A stretch of 63,798 nucleotides of DNA, the filler included, from Octopus bimaculoides (taxonomy: Eukaryota): the NCBI RefSeq assembly GCF_001194135.2. It is 6 parts of 5 records of this genome, joined end to end, with 100 filler letters (N's around TTAATTAATTAA, not from the genome) between each part and the next. Parts side by side here need not be neighbours in the genome. Positions count along the whole stretch, not along the records: positions 17,111 to 35,812 come from NC_069009.1; positions 35,913 to 55,024 come from NC_069008.1; 4 more parts are not named here. One strand, given 5' to 3'. The notes under the pieces were generated by a model. The model saw only the letters and a list, made by a program, of their open reading frames with translations. It had not been told where the DNA came from and did no database searches. The translations under genes were made by a program, and so were the position numbers. Shown here one piece after another: positions 26,175 to 38,016 of the stretch (its first letter is position 1; each line of letters opens with the position of its first letter).

Positions 26175-27249
26175 GTAAGTATTTCCTGGCAATGACAAGA
26201 TAAACCGGTACATTTTCTATTTTGTATATAATAATGTTTATGTTTGTTTAGTTTTAATTCTACCAATACATTATACTATCACTAGTGTTTTGATCAAAAG
26301 CCATACAATAAACAATATGCAGTTGTTAGGGGATCAAAAAAAGAACACTATTCTGATTACATTCACATGATCAGTTGTATTGACAGATGTACCTCACTGT
26401 CAAGCTACACCTACCTCTCTTTGTAACCAATAGGAAAATGGTAGAATTAAATAATGAAGTGAATGAATAAATTTTGAAATTGTTACTTAGAAGTAAGTGG
26501 AATTTATCTATCTACCAACATGTTTTTCTCTCTCTCTTCTATGTCTCAGTCAATCATTATTATGAAAGATTTCATAAGAAAGTAACCTACAAACATGCAA
26601 ATACTGATCGGTTTTATTGACAGATGTACCTCACTGTCAACCTACACTTCCCTCTCTTTGTGACCAATAGGAAAATGTGGAACTAAATAATGAAGTGATC
26701 GAACATTGCCACATATCTTCACAGAAAATAAAACTGCCAGGAAACATAAATAATTCAAATAACGCATATACCATTACTAGGTATTTCTGTCGCCTTAGGC
26801 TCCCATATTTTATAAGGTTTAGCAATTTCTTTGCGATGCATCTCTCTATATTAGCTACTAATGAAGCAGACACATTTTCCCTTCAGTGATTATACTAAAC
26901 ATTCTTTGTCTGCTGAAATTCAGTTATTGTTTATAGATATTGATTTTTTGACTCTATAAATATCATTCTGTTTTATTCAATTTACAAGCATCGGTAGATT
27001 TTCTCTGCTCTTTTACAAATGATTGTTTATGTGAATGTTATAATAGTAATTCAGTGTATACAGTGCACAGCTGAACTTAGTGGAAAACAATTAGTCGAAT
27101 AAAGAAAGACAGCAATCGAAGCTAGAAGCACATGGATGATACATAGAATAAAACACTCAAACAAGAAGGGAACAGTAAAAGAGCCATATAAAGGAAAGGG
27201 TACATAGATACATCAGGAGCAATGTTAAGGAATTTCAGGAAACATGGAA

Positions 27250-28330
27250 GATTTGACGAATGCAGTGTCCTGATAGCTAACAACTGATGTCTGTAGTTTA
27301 TTCAATGCTTCAACATTGAACTAGGGGAAATATTCCTGAATGTCATGGGTGCTGCACTGCTTTTGTTTTAGTCTGCTGATGTTATAGATATTGCATTCAA
27401 GAAGATGACCAAAGGTGTTGTAGGAAGATGGTGGATATTCGTATGGGATTGAACCAAGTCAGCTGTTAGACATCAAAACTTAAACTTTATTGTGCTGTGC
27501 TGAAATCCAAAGAAACAATATATATGGCGACTGGTAGAGGGTATTTGCCTAGTTGTATGTCTTCAGACAGCTTCCAGTAGAGGAATATTCTAGACAGGAT
27601 GGTGGGTTCCAGATTGGAGATGCAAATTGTAAGTGTGGATGTGTGATAGCCATATATAACTTTAAAGGAATAACTCAACAAAGTGACAGACAAAGCTTTT
27701 TCTGAGTGATGTTAAGACACATTTGATCTTCTTGATGATTTTAAGAATGTGTATCATCCTTCAAAGGTGTTTGTTGACATTAATGTTGAAGTCAGGTTCA
27801 CCAGTAGATTTCTTAATTTGGGTATTTTGGAGGGAGTTGGTAAATTCTGGGTTCTCCTTCCATAATGTATAATGGTGCACCTGTCTAACACCAGCTTGAG
27901 TTAGAAATCCATTGCTGCATTATGTGCAGATCAGATTGAAGCAAAGGTCTATAGAGTATAGTAACATGCTTCAGGTTGGCATCTGTTTAATTAATACATG
28001 CCAGAAGCAACAGGGGACCAAAAACAGATCCCTACCAATCTTCAGATGTGATTCTGTAGGGTGTAGAATGGTATCTTATTACTATGTTTTAAATATCCCT
28101 TACATCAAATTTCTGAAATTTCCCTTTGCATGGCCAGATGTTTTTCGGTAGTGATGGCACAAGAATGTCACATGTGTCAGGCACTGAATGGACCAATTTG
28201 GTAGTTGGACCATTCCCCACAGTCCTTCAATCATAGAACCAATATGTACCTTTTATTGGTCTCGGATCATCATGAAGTTAGTGGTATAGATGGCTGATGG
28301 AAATATGACGTTTACTATCTTCAACACATT
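27250..28330 (-). mobile_element. Highly degenerate Penelope-like RT remnant
   Basis: Broken peptides PRIYQLPPK (cf. FY.LPKIHK), NIPLLEAV (cf. NIPH..GLEA) and PPSSYNTFGHLLE (cf. APSYANLFMG.LE). The 28020-28090 segment recurs at 33195-33265. Confidence 0.4.
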
Positions 28331-28447
28331 CATCATGAAAGTACATATATATATATATGGGAGAATTGACGAACAAAGCAACAACAGACGAGGACAGGTG
28401 GTGTGAACAACAAAAGGATGTATTAGTTTAACGCTTGCGAATAGAGA

Positions 28448-28490
28448 AAGTCTTTAACATTTCGAGCTACGCTCTTCAACAGAAAGTAAT
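28448..28490 (-). ncRNA. Minimal type I hammerhead-like motif with CUGUUGA core
   Basis: Minus strand: CTTT-CTGTTGA-A-GAGC-GTA-GCTC-GAAA-TGT-T|AAAG, giving stem I CUUU/AAAG and stem II GAGC/GCUC. Confidence 0.55.
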
Positions 28491-28730
28491 CAGGAGGAAA
28501 ACAAGGAGAAAAAAAATTTTAATGTCGTGGTCAGCAATCTATCATGGCGACTACCGGACAGAAAGTTCGCACAGGAGAGCTAAGAAAAAGGGGGGATAAC
28601 AAAATGGGAAAGAAGCGGTGAACCCAAATACGAGAAGCTGTGTGTGTGAGAGAATGCTGGTGGTCTTAACGTATGTATGTGTGTATGTAGATGTGAAAAA
28701 GTGGGGAAGGGAGAAGGGAGTTGGACAGTG

Positions 28731-28768
<38 letters not shown>

Positions 28769-29344
28769 CATATATAATTCTCAAGTCATTGTCTTTTTTC
28801 TTTAGAACAGTGACTTCTTTTATTATATAGTTCGTCCATACATGAAGCGATGACAATTGCCTCCTGTCCTCCATCCATACAATTCAAAACCAAATGTCTA
28901 ATTATAGAACACTTGTTAATCAGATTAGATAAANNNNNNNNNNNNNNNNNNNNNNNNNNNNNNNNNNNNNNNNNNNNNNNNNNNNNNNNNNNNNNNNNNN
29001 NNNNNNNNNNNNNNNNNATATATATAATATAGTATTATATATAAACAAACTCATCTACATATATTTGTTCAGAGGAAATGAGATCTATGTTAGAATTGAA
29101 GTATATTTCTGGAATATATGTAGTTCACTGTGTGTCAACAATTTTTGTTATGTATCAAAGTTGAGACATGTATTTATCAATATATAAATCTGCCTGCATG
29201 TAATTGTTTAATGAAGGATTACTGGTGTACTCCTGCTAGTCACTGAAGTGTCTCATAATATTCTCTATTGTAAACATCTACAGAATCTAGTATTTGTTAT
29301 AAATGAAAGTTATTGGTTTGATATGTTTGTATTTTGTTTCACAG

Positions 29345-29484
29345 ATGTTTGTGGTGCAGAAATAAAGAGGCAATAACAAAGTTCCAGCCTTGTGAACATT
29401 TTGTCACATGTGAAGATTGTTCAAACATTTCTCTTAAACGATGTCTCAGGTGTCAGAAACCTGTAACAAGCAGAAGCGGAGTTG
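29345..29484 (+). CDS. MIB-like: Internal exon (phase 2-1), C3HC4 RING finger
   Basis: ttttgtttcacag|A...GTT G|gtaaga. CLWCRNKEAITKFQPCEHFVTCEDCSNISLKRCLRCQKPVTSRSGV has all eight Zn ligands (C-x2-C...PC-x-H...C-x2-C...C-x2-C). Phase matches the upstream exon. Confidence 0.88.
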
Positions 29485-30567
29485 GTAAGAATATTTTCTA
29501 GTGATCCATCTGTTCCTCTTGCTTGTCTAGTTGACTTTGTTGTGCAGAAAAAGTATTTCATGCTGTTGTATAGGTGCAGGTCTGTCATAATGTGGCACAT
29601 TTATGATAAAAGATGTTCCCGGCGTCTTTTCTCTATAATAATATATCTATGACTACATTCAAATGACAATGCCTTTATCCAAGTAGAAAATTTGTCACAC
29701 TTCAAGTGGGTTCTGCCAGCAACATAAAAATAATGGAGGTGGCTAACTGAAATATCGATAAATCTGCATCAAATTTTTATGATCAATTGTGAACCAGAAA
29801 CAATTTAAATACAACAGTACTTACAAAACAGCATTGTCATCTTTGGCAAAGTATTAGATTCATAACAATACCTTAAAGAAGTGAAAATATGCGTTCCCAG
29901 TTTGAGAGATTTTAACACACAACTCCATGTTGTTATGTTGGATTTTAGATGATATTAAAACTAATAGAGGCACAGTTCTGTTTGTCTCTCAAATTTTCGT
30001 TTTGGTTCTGATTTGATTGTTACATTCAAACCAGATCATGAAACCACCTTCAAATATGTCCTGAATAAGATGAATAGGTGAAGTGAGCAGCTAAAATTAT
30101 CAGCAACAACGTTTAACAAAGAGATTAGGTGTATGTTTATCCTTCTTGAAGTGGTGTGATATGTGTTTGTTGCTGTATCTTTGATGAACGACTTGCTTGA
30201 AACTGGGATTAAGCAGATTGTTAGTGAAGATTAGAGTCTTGGGAACAATGTCATAAATATAAGCAAAGAAAAACAAAACTTAAAGGTGAACTGATATTAA
30301 GTGATAATTAAGGGATATAATTGCAATATTGCTAGATTATGTAGAATGTCTTAATAGAGAGAGGAAGATTACGAAGATCAATGGTCCCATGTAATATTGG
30401 CTATTACATGGAGCCACTTGTAAAAGTATAAAGATATTGATCAAAGCCATAGTGATCACTGGTTAACCATTGATGTTAGGAATGTCTCACAATAATAAAA
30501 TATAGATTATTGATAAAGATAAATACATTTTCGTGTAAAGTATGAAACTTGAAAATATTTATTTCAG

Positions 30568-30618
30568 AGAATCCACAATTTGAGGAGAAAGAAGTGCAGA
30601 CGGTGCCAGAGCCAATTA
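30568..30618 (+). CDS. MIB-like: 51-nt phase 1-1 micro-exon (ENPQFEEKEVQTVPEPI)
   Basis: atttatttcag| acceptor, |gtgagt donor, open and in phase with the RING exon. Confidence 0.65.
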
Positions 30619-31975
30619 GTGAGTATAACATAACAGCATCTAATGTCTATTTTGTTGTTTTTATGGTTGCCCTATTTGGGGAGAGAGACTAAATGGTGAA
30701 ATATGATGGTGAGAGAGCTGGAGGAGTGTGTGGGTGAGTTTATGAGATTGTGAAGGGAGGGTCATAGAGGGAGGGGGATTGGAAAGGTACCCTTTAGAGA
30801 AGAGATTCAGTGGGGGCATTATATGTGCAGGTAGGGTACATTAGGGAGGATGGAAGGGGAATGCAGCATGTGTGGGGCAAGATGGGTTGTGGGGGTAGCA
30901 TTGTTGGGGGACAGACATGTGTTTATGACCTTTATTTTATTTAGGTGTGTGGGTGAGTTCTCAAGCACAGCAAACTGTCAATTGTCTGTTAGGTTCAACA
31001 TCTGAGGTTCATTTCTCACCATTTCATCTGTCTTCCTGAGGTTCTCTCCACAATTAGAGGTCAGTACCTCTTTATGCAGGTGACCTCATCCATACACATC
31101 ACATATGATCATACTAGCATAGTCTTCTCTCTTGCACACTACATCTGATGCCTCTTAAAACCAACACTTCTCAAAGCATTTAGACTTTGTTGTCCCTGCA
31201 CATTGGCATTGCACATCCATTGCTCAAAATAGCTGCTTTATTAAGGAGGATATGACATTCAAATGTCTTCAAATATTTCCTGAATCAGATGATACTCTGA
31301 TGAACTGTGATGTGGGGGGGGGGGGGTTAGAAGTAATGATTACTAGCAACATATACCAAAAGGAGCCAGTGTATCTTCATCCTATTTGAAGTGGTGCGTT
31401 ATGTTTCTGTGACTAGATCTTTGATGACCAACTTGGATGACCAATTTGGAATTAAGCAGAAGAGGAGTAGACTGTTGATTAGTGCAGTCTAGAGTTTTGA
31501 GGACAATGCCATGTCACAGATTTGGCACAAATGTAAGAAGAAAAATGACAAAACTAAGAGACAAACAATCTCATCAAGTAATAATTAAATGAGAGAATTG
31601 GAATATTGTTAGATTATTTGTGTGAAAAGAGAGGAGATTTAGGAAGATTAGTGTATTTTGTTGTGGAATTAAGTATTGAGTTCTTACATGGCGCCTCTAT
31701 TGAAAACAAAAAGATGTTGACCCAAACCATAGCTGTCACCATTTGACCATTGATGACAGAAATCATCATTATTGTTTAACGTCTGTCCTCCATGCTGTCA
31801 TGGGTTGGGCAGTTGACAAGAGCTAGCCAGACAGAAGACTGCATCAGACATCTGGGTCAGTTTTTTGCATGGGTTTTACTGCTGGATGTCCTTCTTACAA
31901 TAATAAAAGGTAGATTATTAATAAAGATAATGAAATTATACTATGAAAGGTAAAACTTGAAAATATTCATTTCAG

Positions 31976-32023
31976 AGACTCCAATGTGTGTGAAGGAGGT
32001 GCTGACAACATCACAACAAATTG
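31976..32023 (+). CDS. MIB-like: 48-nt phase 1-1 micro-exon (KTPMCVKEVLTTSQQI), paralogue of 30568-30618
   Basis: attcatttcag| acceptor, |gtgagt donor. Flanking intron is homologous to that of the previous micro-exon. Confidence 0.62.
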
Positions 32024-32533
32024 GTGAGTATAAAAGATCAGTACCTCGTGGATTTCTATAAATATAATCTTCACCTGAGCTTTTATTAGAATGACAGAGA
32101 ACAGGTTCCATTCATAATTTAGATTTAAAGAGATTAGCTGCATAATAATTTTATTAAATATATTGATATTACTGAAATTTCACAAAATATCTAATGTGGT
32201 TAGCATGGTTCATGAAATGGATAATTTAGAAGACAATAGAGTTAATATTGTATTTTGGAACAGAGAACTAAAATATGTCGTAATTTAGGAATAAATGGTG
32301 CGTTAATGACGTTTTCGTTTATTTTACATTTTTTTTTTACTATGTTTACTGATAGGATATTGTTGTTGTTGATGTTGTTTGGGCAGATACATCTCATAAT
32401 CTGGTAGACATAACAAAATGTGTTCCAAGTGTGAACACCCTGACTTTTTTGCTGATAGTAAATCTATCATTACAGCCACAAAGCATTGTCTTTATCCAGA
32501 TAGAAGACTTTGGTTTGCTGCTGAGACAACCGT

Positions 32534-32594
<61 letters not shown>

Positions 32595-32747
32595 TTATCT
32601 CTTCAAAATAGATATTGGCTGCAAGATACAATAAATGACATCGATATGTAAAAAGGTGAGGATGATGGTAGGCTATCTCATTGTTCAATAAGAGCTGAGG
32701 CAATGAGACCATGGCAGAAATCGAGCATGGGTTATAAGTAGTAGATA

Positions 32748-33135
32748 CAAGGTTGTTTCAAAAAGTTCCACGATTAATTATGGTTAATAAAAATGATAAC
32801 TCATTTACCTGCGTTTTAACATCCTCTCCTTAGAAATAGCCACCTTGTGTAACAATAAACCGGTTCCACCTTACTTGATACTTTCGCAATCCGGTCAGGA
32901 AGTCATTTTCCATAAGTGAGTCAAGGACTTTCTGAAATTCACACTGAATCTTGACAACGGTGTCAAAATGGCGACCTTTGAGTGGCATTTTCATCTTGCG
33001 GAAGAGATCAAAGTTCACAGGTGCTAAATCTGGTGAATAATGTAGGTGCAGAAGCGATACCAGGTGATTATTGGCAAGAATCTCATGAATGAGAGTAGCT
33101 CGGTGACAGAGTGCATTGTTGCCGTGAATAATCCA
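32748..33135 (-). mobile_element. Mariner transposase C-terminal half and 3' terminus
   Basis: HGNNALCH...YSPDLAPVNFDLFRKMKMPLKGRHFDTVVKIQ...RWNRFIVTQGGYF*. Confidence 0.85.
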
Positions 33136-33349
33136 GTTCTGTGCACTCTACATATCTGGTCGCTTTTGCCAAATGTCCTACATACCAGAAGCAACAGGGG
33201 ACCAAAGACAGATCCCTACCAATCTTCAGATGTAATTCTATAGGCTGTAGAATCATAATACTGTGACTACTTCTTATTAACTGAGAATGAAGGACATCAA
33301 CTATTTATGTAAATTAAGCCTCACAGATATCAGACAGCTTCACCACAAT

Positions 33350-33800
33350 CCGTTTGTGTGGTAGAGAATAAAAGGCCTTGTTCTGCCTTTTCCTCGGTTT
33401 TAAACCGGACTTCTATTGTGGCATACTTCACTCTTCTTTTGATGTATACTACGTCGTTCCAAACAGGACGGTGGGTTAGTTCCACCGCCTCTTTACATGC
33501 GTTATCCAGTTGTTTTTGCTTGGGTCACAAATGATTTATATATCACGGTGCACCGCAGTGCATTCTGCATCGTTTCACTGGGAGGGGTAATCACTGTTTC
33601 GCTCCCCTCCCTTTTCATCATACCTTTGTATTTTCCGAGCTCATCGCTTCTCCAATTTATTGTCTTTTTTGAAACACCGACCGCTGCTGCAAAATTGCTG
33701 GCTTTTCTTCCTTGCATAAACTCTTCTGTCGGCATGCTAATTAAAGCTGTGCTTCCTTCTCCGCTTCTAATATCTTCATTTGTACCAGGTTCACTACTGG
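33350..33800 (-). mobile_element. Probable L1/Tx1-type LINE ORF1 remnant
   Basis: NFAAAV motif followed (other frame) by KQLDNACKEAVELTHRPVWNDVVYIKRRVKYATIEVRFKTEEKA, resembling an RRM-like ORF1. Recall-based resemblance only. Confidence 0.4.
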
Positions 33801-33984
33801 TCTTGGTTTTAAGAGGTGATTTGTCTCTTTTCTGAAAAATACAGCAATATTTTCCCCTTCACACAAGGGCGAAAACGTTAACAAAGGACTACCACAAGCA
33901 GAAAAATAGGGGTTTGAAATACACTCAAACAAAAATTCGACCGTGTAATACATCAACACAGTGCAAATTCAACAAACACAAACA

Positions 33985-34150
33985 TTCTTTTCTACTCTAG
34001 TCACAAGGTCTGAAATTTTGGAGGAGGGGGTCAGTCGATTAGATTGATCCCAATACGCAACTGGTTTTTAATTTATCGAACCCGAAAAGATGAAAGATAA
34101 AGTTGACATCGGCGAAATTTGAACACAGAACGTAAAGAGAGACGAAATAC
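33985..34150 (-). mobile_element. Family-A SINE body (second-monomer type)
   Basis: Reverse complement begins GGTATTTCGTCT...GTTCAAATTTCGCCGATGTCAACTTTATCTTTCATCTTTTCGGG. Confidence 0.75.
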
Positions 34151-35288
34151 CAATTTCTTTATTGCCCACAGGGGGCCAAACATAGAATGGTACAAAACAA
34201 CTGATTGGGATCAGTAATGCGAATGGTTTACATAAATATGACTTTAAAAATTTTATAAAATATAAAAAATCGAATGATATTAACAGTACGTTAGACAACA
34301 CAAATGAAGCGATGATCAGGCCNNNNNNNNNNNNNNNNNNNNNNNNNNNNNNNNNNNNNNNNNNNNNNNNNNNNNNNNNNNNNNNNNNNNNNNNNNNNNN
34401 NNNNNNNNNNNNNNNNNNNNNNNNNNNNNNNNNNNNNNNNNNNNNNNNNNNNNNNNNNNNNNNNNNNNNNNNNNNNNNNNNNNNNNNNNNNNNNNNNNNN
34501 NNNNNNNNNNNNNNNNNNNNNNNNNNNNNNNNNNNNNNNNNNNNNNNNNNNNNNNNNNNNNNNNNNNNNNNNNNNNNNNNNNNNNNNNNNNNNNNNNNNN
34601 NNNNNNNNNNNNNNNNNNNNNNNNNNNNNNNNNNNNNNNNNNNNNNNNNNNNNNNNNNNNNNNNNNNNNNNNNNNNNNNNNNNNNNNNNNNNNNNNNNNN
34701 NNNNNNNNNNNNNNNNNNNNNNNNNNNNNNNNNNNNNNNNNNNNNNNNNNNNNNNNNNNNNNNNNNNNNNNNNNNNNNNNNNNNNNNNNNNNNNNNNNNN
34801 NNNNNNNNNNNNNNNNNNNNNNNNNNNNNNNNNNNNNNNNNNNNNNNNNNNNNNNNNNNNNNNNNNNNNNNNNNNNNNNNNNNNNNNNNNNNNNNNNNNN
34901 NNNNNNNNNNNNNNNNNNNNNNNNNNNNNNNNNNNNNNNNNNNNNNNNNNNNNNNNNNNNNNNNNNNNNNNNNNNNNNNNNNNNNNNNNNNNNNNNNNNN
35001 NNNNNNNNNNNNNNNNNNNNNNNNNNNNNNNNNNNNNNNNNNNNNNNNNNNNNNNNNNNNNNNNNNNNNNNNNNNNNNNNNNNNNNNNNNNNNNNNNNNN
35101 NNNNNNNNNNNNNNNNNNNNNNNNNNNNNNNNNNNNNNNNNNNNNNNNNNNNNNNNNNNNNNNNNNNNNNNNNNNNNNNNNNNNNNNNNNNNNNNNNNNN
35201 NNNNNNNNNNNNNNNNNNNNNNNNNNNNNNNNNNNNNNNNNNNNNNNNNNNNNNNNNNNNNNNNNNNNNNNNNNNNNNNNNNNNNNNC

Positions 35289-35812
35289 AGGCTTCCTGCT
35301 CGCAAAAACTTTTGAACTCGGGGAACATTTGTCTGGCCAGCGGAGACCACACCCGTTCACTATCCAGGAGAATCCAGAGGTGCCTCAATTTCAACGCATG
35401 CCTGCGCATCATTAACCAAGGCATCCCTAAACCTCCCTTTAAAGGCTTTTGACAGCAGACAGAGCGTTTCACAAGTGGCGACCTGCACTTCCACAAAAAG
35501 CGAAAGAGCTGTCTCTCCAACCTGATCAACCACGAATCCGGATAAGGCACGACGGTTAGGCAGTGAGTAATGACCGATGCGATAAACACATTGGCCACCT
35601 CTTCACTCCCTTTCAGGGATAGCCACCGCCAAGACCAGGTCTTGACTACTGCAGCCACCCTGATCAATACCTCCGTCAGTTCTTCTCTATCTGGAGGCCT
35701 GGACCAAACCAAACTCCCAGCAACTTAACCGGTCCCTCCGTCCAGCGCCCAACAGTGCTGTCTGAAGGCATCGACTTGCCAACCCAAGTGCCGAGTTGTA
35801 AGCCGACCGACT
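35289..35812 (-). mobile_element. Tx1/L1-clade LINE ORF2 fragment (post-RT region)
   Basis: VKLLGVWFGP...W..R.LSLKG..EVAN.FIAS...LERQLFRFLWK...VKRSVCCQKPLKGGLGMP, the typical L1/Tx1 downstream RT segment. Bounded by N-gaps. Confidence 0.8.
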
Positions 35813-35914
35813 NNNNNNNNNNNNNNNNNNNNNNNNNNNNNNNNNNNNNNNNNNNNTTAATTAATTAANNNNNNNNNNNNNNNNNNNNNNNNNNNNNNNN
35901 NNNNNNNNNNNNAT

Positions 35915-35947
<33 letters not shown>

Positions 35948-36229
35948 CACACACATGCAGACACACACGTACAATACATGTACACATGTCAATGAACTCT
36001 TAAATATTAGCACAAGTAACTCACAGACGTACTGTGTCCACTCACGCTGTCCCATGTACTGCTACTGCTACAACCTCTGCTTTTCTGACCTAAACCCCAT
36101 TCAGAAGGGGACGATGTGGCTCCCAATACATTCCGATGGAGACAGAAAGAGAAACCAAATCTCCTTTGAATCATCAGTTTGTCGTCAAAGATGTCACATT
36201 ATCGAGAATGTGGTATTAGATATGTTTTG

Positions 36230-36520
36230 CCCGAATAAAAAACAGGGTGGTCACAGCTGGAACGTCTTTGGCCTGTTAGATGGAAGGACACGTCAGATAA
36301 TGAAGTCCGAGGTATACTATATATGAATAAAAACAGGATGGTCACGGTTGGAACATCCTTGATCATCGGTCTACAAGATCAGGTCTGATTTGGTGTTAAA
36401 CTATATCAAGGAAGTCCAAGAAATACTATATCTGAACAAAAAACAGGATGTTCATAGCTGGAACGTCGTTCATCATAGGTGAGGTGAATCCAAGACTGAC
36501 CTGGGGCTAAATGAACAATG
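36230..36520 (-). repeat. Dispersed tandem-unit repeat, same family as 42360-42610
   Basis: Recurring AAAACAGG.TGGTCACAGCTGGAACGTC units; reverse complement matches GACGTTCCAGCCGTGACCATCCTGTCTTTT at 42507. Confidence 0.65.
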
Positions 36521-36581
36521 ACCATAGAAATGGCTCTGCTTGTTAAAACGAAATTTCAGGCGTAAAAACGGGTTTTCCCTC

Positions 36582-36638
<57 letters not shown>

Positions 36639-37429
36639 CAGTAGCAATAGTAATAGTGGCGGTGGTGCAGAGAAAATTTAAAAACAAATATGCAGCAACA
36701 AAATCTCGTGTATGCGTGCGTGTGTGNNNNNNNNNNNNNNNNNNNNNNNNNNNNNNNNNNNNNNNNNNNNNNNNNNNNNNNNNNNNNNNNNNNNNNNNNN
36801 NNNNNNNNNNNNNNNNNNNNNNNNNNNNNNNNNNNNNNNNNNNNNNNNNNNNNNNNNNNNNNNNNNNNNNNNNNNNNNNNNNNNNNNNNNNNNNNNNNNN
36901 NNNNNNNNNNNNNNNNNNNNNNNNNNNNNNNNNNNNNNNNNNNNNNNNNNNNNNNNNNNNNNNNNNNNNNNNNNNNNNNNNNNNNNNNNNNNNNNNNNNN
37001 NNNNNNNNNNNNNNNNNNNNNNNNNNNNNNNNNNNNNNNNNNNNNNNNNNNNNNNNNNNNNNNNNNNNNNNNNNNNNNCGTAGCGCTAAAACTAAAAGGG
37101 AAAGTGAAAGTAGATATGGAGAGAGAGAGAGAAGGAGGGGTAGCGTAACGGTGGAGGATTAGTGAGAGGAGAATGAAACGAGAAGGAAGAGGAGGGAAAG
37201 CATGAGAGTGGGCTACGAATGCTTATTGTATTTATTTATTTATTTATGACAACGGGAGGCGGATGGGGGGAAGAGGGTGATTACGTATTTGTATATAGAG
37301 GTGGGCGTGGCCTGCTTTACGCTCACACACATCTGTGGCGGGTATACGCTCTAAACGAGTAACGGCGAGTAGTAACATGTGTTGTTGTTGTACCCTCCCT
37401 GGGCCGTAATCTAGAGAGGCGTAGGATGA

Positions 37430-37971
37430 TCGTTAGGCCTTCCAAATGTGACCATTCCATCTATACTTTCTCTCTCTTCAGCCATAGTGCTGTATCTAGG
37501 GCTACATCGCCAACTAACCTCACTAATTGAAGTTATTTAACCCCGGTCACCTCTGATCCGGAATAAACCAAAAACGATCAAAGCGCCTTCCAAATGTGAC
37601 CATCCTATTTGTGTTTTTTCTTTCTTCAGGCATAGTGCTGTATCAGGGACTATGCTTCTTTCTTTAAACTCACTATTTGGAGCTATTTAAACTTTTGCCT
37701 CTTTCTGATCCGAAAGACCAAGAATAATCAAAAAGCAATCCAAATGTGACCATCTCATTTGTATCTCTGTCACTCTCTGTCTGTCTGTCTCTCTCTCTCT
37801 CTCTCCAGACATAGTAGTATCTCTAGGGCTATATTGTCTACTGTAACCAAACTAGTCAAGGCTGTTTAAACTCCTGTTCACCTCTGATCCGACAGACCTA
37901 GGGTTATAAAAACGGCTCCAAATGCGATCATCCCATCTATACTCTCCATCCCTCTCTCTTTCTCCATTCCC

Positions 37972-38016
<45 letters not shown>

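Noticed and set aside
33502-33735. pogo/CENP-B HTH interpretation
   Set aside because: No downstream CENP-B or DDE motifs; an adjacent frame fits a LINE ORF1 better.
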